Source: an uncultured Dehalococcoidia bacterium
GTDB lineage: Bacteria; Chloroflexota; Dehalococcoidia; Lucifugimonadales; UBA826
Reading direction: 5' to 3'
Assembly (NCBI GenBank): GCA_964602845.1
Contig: CAZRSW010000002.1
Location: 3,373 to 67,372 of the forward strand
DNA length: 64,000 bases
Shown: positions 9,440 to 18,681 of the stretch, piece after piece
Numbering within the stretch: the first letter of the stretch is position 1
How the letters are laid out: every line of letters begins with the position of its first letter
The notes under the pieces: model-generated
What the model was told of the DNA's origin: nothing
Database searches by the model: none
What the model saw: only the letters and a program-made list of their open reading frames with translations
Position numbers and translations under genes: made by a program

Positions 9440-10207
9440 ATGAGATTGCAAGGCAAGGTAGCACTCATTACGGGTGCAGCCAATGGTATGAAAGGTAAAC
9501 TGATGGGTTTCGGCGGATCCTGTGCCTGGAAATTCGTTGACGAAGGTGCAAGGGTCATGCTCGCCGATATAGATGAACAGTCTGGGGAGAAGACCGTTAA
9601 GGAACTAACCGATGCCGGCAATGAAGCCAGCTTTGTCCCGTTGGATGTGACAAATGAATCAAGTTGGATAGGCGCGATCAACCATACTATTGCCATGTTT
9701 GGGAAAATAGATATTTTAGTTAACAGCGCAGGCACGGCCTCAACCAAGACCCTGGAAGACACTACTGAAAAGGATTGGGATGGACAGATGGACGTTCATG
9801 CGAAAGGGTCTTTCCTAGGCATCAAACATGTGGTGCCACACATGAAGAATATAGGAGCCGGATCTATCGTGAACGTATCCTCTATAAACGGCCTTGTAGG
9901 CAGCCCTACCTCGACTGCATATCATGCGGCAAAAGGCGCTGTACGGCTTTTAACGAAATCAGCTGCAATCCAGTACGCCAGCTTTGGGATCAGGGTCAAT
10001 TCCGTCCATCCTGGTTATGCTGACACCCCCATGACTGAACCAATATTTAATAAAAAGGCTCTTGAATCACGTCTAAACAGAGTCCCTATGGGTAGACTAG
10101 GTACGGCTGATGAAATTGCCATGGGAATCCTTTACCTGGCATCGGATGAGTCTTCGTTCATAACTGGATCAGAGCTTGTCATAGACGGCGGCATGACGGC
10201 ACAGTGA
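9440..10207 (+). CDS. SDR family oxidoreductase
   Basis: GKVALITGAANG..., NSAG, catalytic YHAAKGA and the PGYADTPM motif. ATG 9440 is preceded by GAGGA. The track start is TTG 9392. Confidence 0.9.
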   Translation: MRLQGKVALITGAANGMKGKLMGFGGSCAWKFVDEGARVMLADIDEQSGEKTVKELTDAGNEASFVPLDVTNESSWIGAINHTIAMFGKIDILVNSAGTASTKTLEDTTEKDWDGQMDVHAKGSFLGIKHVVPHMKNIGAGSIVNVSSINGLVGSPTSTAYHAAKGAVRLLTKSAAIQYASFGIRVNSVHPGYADTPMTEPIFNKKALESRLNRVPMGRLGTADEIAMGILYLASDESSFITGSELVIDGGMTAQ

Positions 10208-10310
10208 CACAAATTAATTGGATCTAAGTCCAAAGACGATGAGCAGATATGCGTTTATGGCTCACGGGGTGCAGTTGGTTACTCGAAAATATTTTAGGGA
10301 GGTAATGTAA

Positions 10311-11255
10311 ATGGGCATGAAAGATAGAACCCCAACTTCAGTTGAAGAATATTTAGAATACAGAATACGTTTCAGTAACTGGGATAGATGGGGTGCCGAC
10401 GACCAATTTGGCACTCTAAACCACATCGATCATCACATAACAAAGCATGCTCTAAACTTGGTTGAAACTGGTCGCACGGTATCATGCGCCAATCCAATAG
10501 CTACGGAAACAATGGTCCCTGATCTAGGACGAAATGACAAGCCAGCAGATCATCACATGTCGGTCAGTAACATAGGGGCGAGCGACTATATTGGAATTGC
10601 TTACCACGGCTTCGTTAACACACACATAGACTCTTTGTGTCATTTCTTCACCAACTCTGTTGACGAGGATGGAAGACTCTACAACAATCGGGATCCTGCG
10701 TTAATAACTGATCAGGGTGCTTTAACCAACTCTGTTGAAAACTGGAAAAACGGGATCGTCACCAGAGGTGTACTCTATGATATACCCAAGCTGAGAAACG
10801 TTGACTACGTTGAGTTTCGTGACCCCGTTCAAGGTTGGGAACTGGAAGACTGGGCGAACTCTGTAAACGTTAAACAGCGAGATGGTGATGTGGTATTGAT
10901 CAGGTCTGGACACGACCAATACTGGGACGCCAGAGGCAATGCAGACCCCGGACACTCTCTTGAAACACCTGGGAACGCACCATCCATCATAGAGTATCTA
11001 TATAATACAAATGCGGCAATTTTGGGCTGGGATCTACAAGAAGCCGCGCACAAACCAGTGCAATATCCTGCAGGCTACCCCATTCATCAACTCGTAATAC
11101 CATACATGGGTATGCCCATTTTAGATAATGTCAATATGGAAGATCTCGCCAGCGCATGTGCTGAATTAGGCAGGTACGAATTCCTGATATTCATCGCCCC
11201 ACTGTTTATACAAGGGGGAACCGGTTCGCCAGTCAACCCTATAGTAGTTTTTTAG
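10311..11255 (+). CDS. Cyclase family protein (kynurenine formamidase/isatin hydrolase-like fold)
   Basis: NTHIDSLCHF resembles the HxGTHxDxPxH motif of the putative cyclase family. GGGAGG lies upstream of the ATG. Confidence 0.65.
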   Translation: MGMKDRTPTSVEEYLEYRIRFSNWDRWGADDQFGTLNHIDHHITKHALNLVETGRTVSCANPIATETMVPDLGRNDKPADHHMSVSNIGASDYIGIAYHGFVNTHIDSLCHFFTNSVDEDGRLYNNRDPALITDQGALTNSVENWKNGIVTRGVLYDIPKLRNVDYVEFRDPVQGWELEDWANSVNVKQRDGDVVLIRSGHDQYWDARGNADPGHSLETPGNAPSIIEYLYNTNAAILGWDLQEAAHKPVQYPAGYPIHQLVIPYMGMPILDNVNMEDLASACAELGRYEFLIFIAPLFIQGGTGSPVNPIVVF

Positions 11256-11344
11256 GAGATATGTCTAACTAAGAGACAGTGCTTTTATAAATTATTATTC
11301 GCAACACATGCACTTAGCCAAAAGTGAAGAACCAGATCGCGCGG

Positions 11345-11378
11345 AAAGGGGCTATGGCCGTGCCAGCCTAGCCCTTTT
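11345..11378. terminator. Hairpin between convergent genes (possible bidirectional terminator)
   Basis: AAAGGGGCTA (11345-11354) pairs with TAGCCCTTTT (11369-11378), with one G-U pair. An inner TGGC/GCCA extension is present. The U tracts are weak on both strands. Confidence 0.35.
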
Positions 11379-11403
11379 CAAGATCTAACTTGAAATCTTC
11401 CAA

Positions 11404-12099
11404 CTAAGCTTTCTTAAATAGATTCAACCCCAGCGTGATTGACCAGATCGAGAACACTACATAGCTTATCGGCGTCAATATAAAGGTCGCCTCCCAACTC
11501 GAAGCATCTAGTAAGTTGACGAATCCAACGACGATGTTTATAGCCGCTAACAAAGCAACGATCAATGCAAATATTCTATGTAACCCATCTCGATTAGACG
11601 AAACCGACAGTGCAATCAAGGTTATTCCGATCGCCCACAACAGGCCCATATAACTTTGAATTGATCCTGCGACTAAATTCAAAATTGATTCATAGCCATC
11701 GGTCACTGTGATCGAACTACTTTCGAGATTAACACCAGCTCCTAATGAAATTGCCACTACGATCCCTAAGATGCCAAATATCGCTCCCAGTAAACCTAAA
11801 CGAAAGAGTGCCTCATTTTTCCCGTTCTCCTTTATATCATTACCCAAGACCATCAACCCATAAAGGAAAAATATGAGAGATACGCCTGGTAACAAACCCA
11901 GGAAACCCTCAAATTTCGATTGTCTAGTAAAATCGGTGAAATCAGTCGGTTCGGCAGAACCAGCATCCCCAAGAGCTACGAATATTATGAGAAAGAGTAA
12001 TGTGGCAAGTCCAGGGCCTATGATAAGGCCGAGTCCTCCAAGTCTATTAGCCGATATATTGCCCATATAAAACTCCTTTATTACGCTACGGTGGATCAA
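11404..12099 (-). CDS. Hypothetical integral membrane protein (about 6 TM helices)
   Basis: The ORF is uninterrupted with alternating hydrophobic segments. I recognise no family motif. Confidence 0.55.
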   Translation of the reverse strand: MIHRSVIKEFYMGNISANRLGGLGLIIGPGLATLLFLIIFVALGDAGSAEPTDFTDFTRQSKFEGFLGLLPGVSLIFFLYGLMVLGNDIKENGKNEALFRLGLLGAIFGILGIVVAISLGAGVNLESSSITVTDGYESILNLVAGSIQSYMGLLWAIGITLIALSVSSNRDGLHRIFALIVALLAAINIVVGFVNLLDASSWEATFILTPISYVVFSIWSITLGLNLFKKA

Positions 12100-12368
12100 A
12101 GACTAGTATCTCCTTCAACACCTAATTTGCAGAGGATACACTTTAGGCCTGTGCCAGCCACTGTGTCACGCAAAAACAAGAGTATTGTTTGACGAATTTA
12201 TTTAATGCGTTTCATATCACTAGTGGATCAATTTTACGCTCCGAATCTACACTCTCACGAACCCACTGATCACTGTATGTTAAGGATCCCTTTTCCCCAA
12301 CATCTACGCAAACCGTGGTGTAGACTTGGCACAGGTGCAGTTAATTTTTTCTACAGGACATAGACATC

Positions 12369-13112
12369 TTGGCCAATCACAAAAATACAGCCTTAATAAC
12401 AGGAGGGTCTCGGGGAATCGGGAAAGCTATTGCAATCGAATTTGCAACACATGATATTGACGTCATAATAACTGGGCGAAATGTGGAACGTCTCGCCAGT
12501 ACAATCAGGATATTAGAACACCACAATATCAACTCCCATTACATTGATGCCGATATAGGCCAAGAGGCTGGAACAGAGAGAATATGTGAGTTTATTGTCA
12601 AGAATGGGCTCGAAGTAAATATACTAGTCAACAACGCAGCCGTAATTCATCCAAGGATGCCCCTAATGGAACTGCCTATGGACAACTGGGAAGAGGCCAT
12701 TAATGTGAACCTGATTGGAGCCGTGAGATTAACGAAAATGCTACTGCCTGATATGGTTACAAGAAGGTGGGGGAAAATTGTCAATATTTCTTCAATTGGC
12801 GGAAGAAAGGGTACCGCAGGAAGAAGCGCGTACAGAGCAACAAAAGCCGCATTGATAAGCTTCACGGAATCATTGGCATCCGAGGTCAAGGGTTATGGAA
12901 TCGACGTAAACTGTATATGCCCAGGCAGAGTCGCGACAGAGGGTTATGCTGAGGCATTCGGAGAGGAAGATATGCAACGTTACAGCATGATGGATCCATC
13001 AGAAATTGCGACTCTATGTCATTTCCTGGTAGGGCCTCGGGCTTCGGCTATCACAGGTGCAGTTATTGACGCCTTCGGACCGTCAAACCCTCTATTTAAT
13101 GCCAACCCATGA
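12369..13112 (+). CDS. SDR family oxidoreductase
   Basis: TGGSRGIGKAIA glycine-rich motif, NNAA and catalytic YRATKAA. Confidence 0.9.
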   Translation: MANHKNTALITGGSRGIGKAIAIEFATHDIDVIITGRNVERLASTIRILEHHNINSHYIDADIGQEAGTERICEFIVKNGLEVNILVNNAAVIHPRMPLMELPMDNWEEAINVNLIGAVRLTKMLLPDMVTRRWGKIVNISSIGGRKGTAGRSAYRATKAALISFTESLASEVKGYGIDVNCICPGRVATEGYAEAFGEEDMQRYSMMDPSEIATLCHFLVGPRASAITGAVIDAFGPSNPLFNANP

Positions 13113-13204
13113 GCTAAAACTCTACCCATGCATGGCATATGATATTTCTCTGGGGGCAGTACAACCATCCAAAGGCTACATCATTAAGGAATACAACCTA
13201 ACTA

Positions 13205-14881
13205 ATGACTTCCATTTATGATATCTCCGATAGATTCGTCGACAATTTATCATCGCTTAACCCTATCTTAGCTTCATCGTTAGGAATAACCGGGTATGAA
13301 GCAGAGTTAGGAGACTTTACTCCCGAAGGTTCAAAAAGAAACGCCGAGCTTGTGAAAAACACCTTACGGGAGCTAGAGCCCCAATCCCCACTTACTCACA
13401 GAGATAAAATCGCCAAAGAGGTTATGGTTGAACAACTAAGTATCGACCTAGCTTTGTATGAAATGGGCGAACATTACCGCGATTTGAATATCATGCACAG
13501 TCCTCTCCAAAGCGTTCGAATGGTTTTCGACCAAATGCCAAGAACAACAGAACATGAGTGGGAAAACATTGCAGAAAGGCTTAAGGGAATTCCTGCCGCC
13601 CTCAACGACTACAAGAAAACTTTATCAGATGGAGTAAGTCGAGGTCTCGTTTCCACTGTGCGCCAAGTCACCGGATGCGCTGAACAAGCTCAAACCTGGT
13701 CGGGAAGTAATAATCAAGCATCTTTTTTCTCGACACTAATAAAAGATTTCAGCCTCTCAGACATCAAGTCAAACGCCCTTACTAAAGATCTGCAATCCGG
13801 GATAAGAGTTGCTGAAGAAGCATACAGGAGTATGTCTGAATATCTACTGGCCGACTACCTTCCTAATGCAAATAAACGTGATGGCGTTGGACCCGAACGA
13901 TATACAGTAATGGCAGAAAGATACAACGGGATTCTATTGGATCTGCCACAAACCTACGAATGGGGTTGGGAACAATTGCAATGGGTTGACAAAGAAATGG
14001 CTCGTACGGCTAATAAAATACTCCCAGGTGAACACCTATCAGACGTAATAGAACTTCTCGAATCAGACCCAGAAAGAGCCATTCATGGGGTAGCCAATTT
14101 CCAACGGTGGATGCAGGAATTACAGGATGAAACCATCAAAACATTAAATCACAAACACTTTGAGATTGCTGAACCAGTAAAAAAGATCGAAGCGATGATC
14201 GCTCCTGCTGGAGGAGCATTAGCCATGTATTATACTCGACCATCAGCAGATTTCAGCAGGCCCGGACGTACATGGTATCCAACCGGAGGCAAGACCCGCT
14301 TCCCCATATGGGGGGAAATATCGATAGCCTATCATGAAGGAGTGCCCGGACATCATTTTCAACTTGGAACCACCATACACATGTCGGATCAACTTTCCCG
14401 ATTCCAAAGGCTTCTTGGTGGTACTTCAGGGTACATAGAAGGATGGGCTCTCTACGCAGAACGACTCATGGGGGAATTAGGTTATTTAGATAACCCAGAT
14501 TACTATCTAGGCATGCTCCGAGCTCAGGCATTGAGATCCGTTCGCGTAATCCTTGATATTGGTATGCACCTTGAGTTAAAGATACCCGACGATTCATCCT
14601 TTCATCCAGGGGAATATTGGACCCCAGACCTTGGTCTAGAATTTGTGAAGGCGCGAAGTCATTTCCCATCCAACTTCGTATCAAGTGAGATAGATAGGTA
14701 CTTGGGAATACCCGGACAGGCTATAAGCTACAAAATCGGCGAGAGAGTATGGTTAGAATCTCGTGAAATTGCTAAATCTAAGCTTGGGCCATCTTTCAAC
14801 TTGAAGAAGTGGCATACGAAGGCTCTTGGCCTGGGAGGCATGGGGTTATCTCAAATGCAGAGAGAACTTGGATCAGGCTGA
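13205..14881 (+). CDS. DUF885 family protein (putative metallopeptidase-like)
   Basis: 558 aa with the conserved YHEGVPGHHFQ segment characteristic of DUF885. Confidence 0.7.
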   Translation: MTSIYDISDRFVDNLSSLNPILASSLGITGYEAELGDFTPEGSKRNAELVKNTLRELEPQSPLTHRDKIAKEVMVEQLSIDLALYEMGEHYRDLNIMHSPLQSVRMVFDQMPRTTEHEWENIAERLKGIPAALNDYKKTLSDGVSRGLVSTVRQVTGCAEQAQTWSGSNNQASFFSTLIKDFSLSDIKSNALTKDLQSGIRVAEEAYRSMSEYLLADYLPNANKRDGVGPERYTVMAERYNGILLDLPQTYEWGWEQLQWVDKEMARTANKILPGEHLSDVIELLESDPERAIHGVANFQRWMQELQDETIKTLNHKHFEIAEPVKKIEAMIAPAGGALAMYYTRPSADFSRPGRTWYPTGGKTRFPIWGEISIAYHEGVPGHHFQLGTTIHMSDQLSRFQRLLGGTSGYIEGWALYAERLMGELGYLDNPDYYLGMLRAQALRSVRVILDIGMHLELKIPDDSSFHPGEYWTPDLGLEFVKARSHFPSNFVSSEIDRYLGIPGQAISYKIGERVWLESREIAKSKLGPSFNLKKWHTKALGLGGMGLSQMQRELGSG

Positions 14882-14916
14882 TATAAGGCACATAGTGGAA
14901 AATCAAGGTGAATCCG

Positions 14917-14991
14917 TGGAGCGGAAGACGGGATTCGAACCCGCGACCTTCTCCTTGGCAAGGAGATGCTCTACCACTGAGCCACTTCCGC
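14917..14991 (-). tRNA. tRNA-Gly (anticodon GCC), CCA encoded
   Basis: Hand-folded cloverleaf. Acceptor GCGGAAG/CTTCCGC, D arm GCTC-AGTGGTA-GAGC, anticodon arm TCTCC-TTGCCAA-GGAGA and T arm GCGGG-TTCGAAT-CCCGT. Discriminator T, followed by CCA. Confidence 0.95.
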
Positions 14992-15027
14992 CCACTGAAA
15001 GCCCCCTCATTCCTATCAGAACAAGTG

Positions 15028-15100
<73 letters not shown>

Positions 15101-15173
15101 CCAAGGCGTACTGCGAGAAAATGTTAGTCTCGACCATAGGCAGTGTCAAGTCAAAAAACCTGAAGGAAAGGTA

Positions 15174-15202
15174 TTGATAAGAAAATTTCTTGTAGCTAAA
15201 AT
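15174..15202 (+). promoter_or_regulatory. Candidate sigma70-type promoter for the lpdA-pdh operon (TTGATA-17 nt-TAAAAT)
   Basis: TTGATA at 15174-15179, a 17-nt spacer, then TAAAAT at 15197-15202, about 90 nt upstream of the lpdA start. Motif inspection only. Confidence 0.3.
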
Positions 15203-15292
15203 ACTACCACCCAAAGGCTCACGCGAACCTGATAATATTGTACAATGTGGGTCTAAATTATTCTAAAATATTTTCCTGTACGAGGTGATTTA

Positions 15293-16675
15293 TTGCCAGA
15301 CTATGATGTTGTCGTTATCGGCGCAGGTCCCGGTGGATATGTTGCAGCTATCCGGGCCGCCCAACTCGGACTAAACACAGCAGTAATCGAAAAAGATGAG
15401 GTGGGAGGTATTTGCCTCAACTGGGGTTGTATACCAAGTAAGTCACTGCTAAGGAACGCTGCTGTATTAAATCTGGTCAAAGAAGCAGATGAGTTTGGCA
15501 TTAGCTTTGACAATCTTTCTTATGACTATGGAAAAGCCGTGGAAAGAAGTCGGCAGGTCGTAGATCGATTAACTACGGGTGTCTCATATCTTTTAAAGAA
15601 AAATAACGTTAAGCAGATCAAGGGTGAAGCAATATTAGAGAATGCTCAAACGATCAAAATCCAGGGGACGGGAGAGAAACTTACATCCAATAACATAATA
15701 ATCGCCACTGGCGCTCGACAAAGACACATCTCGTCCATGCCAATAGACCACGACATCGTTATTAATAGTAGAGATGCTCTTGATCTACGGGAGGTACCGA
15801 ACAAGATCGCTATCCTAGGTGGAGGAGCAACCGGAGTAGAGTTTGGCCACATATACAGATCCTACGGTTCAGATGTCACTATAGTGGAGTTGATGGACCG
15901 TCTAATTCCTAACGAAGACCAAGAAATCAGTGAGTCTTTGGAATCCGCAATGAAGAAAGCAGGGATCAAATTGCAGACCGGAACTGAGGTAACCTCTATA
16001 TCGACACACAACAACTCCGCAGTCATATCGATAACAAAGGATGACACAGAATCTACCATTGAATGCGATAAAGTACTTGTCGCTGTCGGGGTACAGGGAA
16101 ATATCGACGATATAGGCCTTGAAAATGTCGAGATCGAAACAAACAACAGTTTCATAACAGTCAACGAAAACATGGAGACCAATATTCCCGGCATCTATGC
16201 TATAGGTGATGTGACCGGGAAATTAATGCTTGCGCATGTTGCTTCAGCACAAGCGGTAACTGCTGCAGAATTCATCGCAGGACTAGCCCCCATGCCACTA
16301 GACTATACGCTGATGCCAAGGGCGATATACTGTGATCCTCAAGTTGCAAGTTTTGGTATAACCGAAACTCAGGCAAAGGAACAGAATATTGACTTTACGA
16401 CGGGTAAGTTCCCATTTGCCGCAAGTGGTAAAGCAATAGCTTTGGGAGAAACAGAGGGTATGATTAAACTCATAGTGGACACCGAGGTTGGAGAAATCCT
16501 CGGGGCACATATGATCGGCTCCGAAGTAACAGAGTTGCTCGGTGAAGTATCAATGGTGAGGCTATTAGAAGGAACTTCCACAGAGCTTGGTTGGCTTGTT
16601 CATCCTCACCCGACTATTTCTGAAATGTTAAAAGAAGCGGCACTAGACACAACAAATGAGGCAATTCACACCTAG
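15293..16675 (+). CDS. lpdA: Dihydrolipoyl dehydrogenase (E3)
   Basis: FAD motif GAGPGGY, redox-active disulfide CLNWGCIPSK, a second NAD Rossmann motif GGGATGVE and a C-terminal HPHPT interface motif. Confidence 0.95.
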   Translation: MPDYDVVVIGAGPGGYVAAIRAAQLGLNTAVIEKDEVGGICLNWGCIPSKSLLRNAAVLNLVKEADEFGISFDNLSYDYGKAVERSRQVVDRLTTGVSYLLKKNNVKQIKGEAILENAQTIKIQGTGEKLTSNNIIIATGARQRHISSMPIDHDIVINSRDALDLREVPNKIAILGGGATGVEFGHIYRSYGSDVTIVELMDRLIPNEDQEISESLESAMKKAGIKLQTGTEVTSISTHNNSAVISITKDDTESTIECDKVLVAVGVQGNIDDIGLENVEIETNNSFITVNENMETNIPGIYAIGDVTGKLMLAHVASAQAVTAAEFIAGLAPMPLDYTLMPRAIYCDPQVASFGITETQAKEQNIDFTTGKFPFAASGKAIALGETEGMIKLIVDTEVGEILGAHMIGSEVTELLGEVSMVRLLEGTSTELGWLVHPHPTISEMLKEAALDTTNEAIHT

Positions 16676-17685
16676 TGACAGAGCAGAAAAACACCCCCGC
16701 AACAGCGGGCATCGAAAAAGACCAAGCACTGGACCTCTATCGCCAGATGCTCACTATACGACGATTCGAGGAAGCGACGGAAAAACTTTACCAAGTTGGT
16801 AAAATAAGAGGTTTCCTGCATACATATATCGGTGAAGAAGCCATAGCCGTTGGCTCTATACCAAACCTGAGGGATGATGACTACGTGATTGGGCACTACA
16901 GAGATCACGGCCATGCACTAGCACGTGGGATGGAGCCCAATGTAGTCATGGCTGAACTATGCGGAAAGGCAACCGGCAGCAGCGGAGGCAAAGGAGGCTC
17001 AATGCACCTATTCGACGCTGACCGGCATTTTATGGGCGGATATGCTATTGTCGGAGCTCAGCTTCCCATAGCAGCAGGCATAGGCCTTGGTATAAAACAT
17101 AGGAAGTTAGATAGTGTGGTGATGTGCTTTTTTGGAGACGGCGCCGTTAACGAAGGGGAATTTCATGAAACTATGAATCTTGCCTCTCTTTGGAAACTAC
17201 CGATTGTTTTTATGCTTGAAAACAATTTATATGGGATGGGAACAGGGGTGACAAGGTCGAGGGCGGGCGGAGAACACATTTACCAAATCGCTGACTCTTA
17301 CCAGATTCCAGCGGCCCACATAGACGGTATGGACATAATGGAGGTTCGAGAAGCAACAATCTCTGGCATACAAAAAGTACGTGGTGGAGATGGGCCCGTT
17401 TTTATTGAGGCAATGGCATATCGTTTCCACGGACATTCCATGGCAGATCCATCCAACTACAGAGACAATGACGAGGTATCGGAGCATAGAACGAGAGATC
17501 CGATTGAGCGATTTAGAACACTATGCATTGAGAGTGATTTTTTCTCCGAAAAAGAATCAGCTGCCATTGACAATGAAATAGACGAGGTAATAGCCACCGC
17601 AGTGGAATTCGCAGAGAACAGCCCTGAGCCTCCCGATGAAGCCCTCTATACCAACATTTATGCTAACCCAGAGGAAATCCAGTAA
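16675..17685 (+). CDS. pdhA: 2-oxoacid (pyruvate-type) dehydrogenase E1 alpha subunit
   Basis: YRDHGH and the TPP motif GDGAVNEGEFHETMNLA ... ENN. The GTG start overlaps the lpdA stop (TAGTG). Confidence 0.9.
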   Translation: MTEQKNTPATAGIEKDQALDLYRQMLTIRRFEEATEKLYQVGKIRGFLHTYIGEEAIAVGSIPNLRDDDYVIGHYRDHGHALARGMEPNVVMAELCGKATGSSGGKGGSMHLFDADRHFMGGYAIVGAQLPIAAGIGLGIKHRKLDSVVMCFFGDGAVNEGEFHETMNLASLWKLPIVFMLENNLYGMGTGVTRSRAGGEHIYQIADSYQIPAAHIDGMDIMEVREATISGIQKVRGGDGPVFIEAMAYRFHGHSMADPSNYRDNDEVSEHRTRDPIERFRTLCIESDFFSEKESAAIDNEIDEVIATAVEFAENSPEPPDEALYTNIYANPEEIQ

Positions 17686-18662
17686 TGGCAGAAATGACTC
17701 TAAGAGAGGCTATCTCTAAAGCTCTGCGAGAAGCCCTAGATCAGGATGACCGAGTTTTCATGATGGGAGAGGACATTGGCGCATACGGAGGAGCTTATGC
17801 CGTGACTCGCGGTTTTTTTGAAGATTACGGATCAGACCGGATACGTGACACCCCCATATCAGAATCAGTTTTTGTTGGTGCTGGGGTTGGCGCAGCCATG
17901 ATTGGCTTAAGGCCCATTGTCGAATTAATGACAATCAACTTTTCACTAGTTGCAATGGATCAAATCGTGAACAACGCCGCTAAGCTAAGTTACATGTCAG
18001 ATGGACAGTTCAACGTACCTTTGATTATCAGGACAGTAACTGGCGGCGGCGGCCAGCTCGCTGCGACTCACTCGCAAAGTTTTGAAAATTGGTACGCCTC
18101 AGTACCAGGACTCAAAGTCGTAGCACCAACTTCACCATACGATGCTATCGGACTATTCCGATCCTCCAGGAAAGATAACAATCCCATCATATTTGCCGAA
18201 CATGCATTGTTATACCGCACACGGGGCGAAGTACCAGACGAATATTTCGAAGTTCCCATAGGTAAGGCATCGATAACCATGGAGGGGAGTGACGTCACGT
18301 TGGTCAGCTATTCTGGAATGGTACGAGTGGCTGAAAAAGCAGCCTCTGATTTGGCAAGCCAAGGCGTAAGCGTGGAGGTAATCGACCTCAGATCCCTATT
18401 ACCACTTGATCTTGATACCATCATAGCATCGGTAAAAAAGACCAACCGAGCTGTGGTAATAGAGGAGACTTGGAAGACAGGAGGGTTTTCTAACACCATA
18501 GCCAGTAACATACAGGAATTAGCGTTTGATGACCTCGATGGGCCAGTAATTAGGATTAACGCTCCGGATGTTCCGGCCCCCTATGCCAGGAACATCGAAC
18601 AAAATATGATACCCCAGTCGGAATGGGTAGTAACTGCAGTAAAAGATAACTTCGGACTCTAA
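17685..18662 (+). CDS. pdhB: 2-oxoacid dehydrogenase E1 beta subunit
   Basis: Transketolase-like pyrimidine-binding and C-terminal domains (VFMMGEDIGAYGGAY, RDTPISE). The ATG overlaps the pdhA stop (TAATG). Confidence 0.9.
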   Translation: MAEMTLREAISKALREALDQDDRVFMMGEDIGAYGGAYAVTRGFFEDYGSDRIRDTPISESVFVGAGVGAAMIGLRPIVELMTINFSLVAMDQIVNNAAKLSYMSDGQFNVPLIIRTVTGGGGQLAATHSQSFENWYASVPGLKVVAPTSPYDAIGLFRSSRKDNNPIIFAEHALLYRTRGEVPDEYFEVPIGKASITMEGSDVTLVSYSGMVRVAEKAASDLASQGVSVEVIDLRSLLPLDLDTIIASVKKTNRAVVIEETWKTGGFSNTIASNIQELAFDDLDGPVIRINAPDVPAPYARNIEQNMIPQSEWVVTAVKDNFGL

Positions 18663-18681
18663 ATTTTAGGGGGGGGAATAT

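Noticed and set aside
12205-12363. 52-codon + strand ORF (MRFISLVDQFYAPN...) just upstream of the SDR at 12369
   Set aside because: It has no Shine-Dalgarno and no recognisable motif, and it sits in a divergent promoter region. It is most likely a chance ORF.
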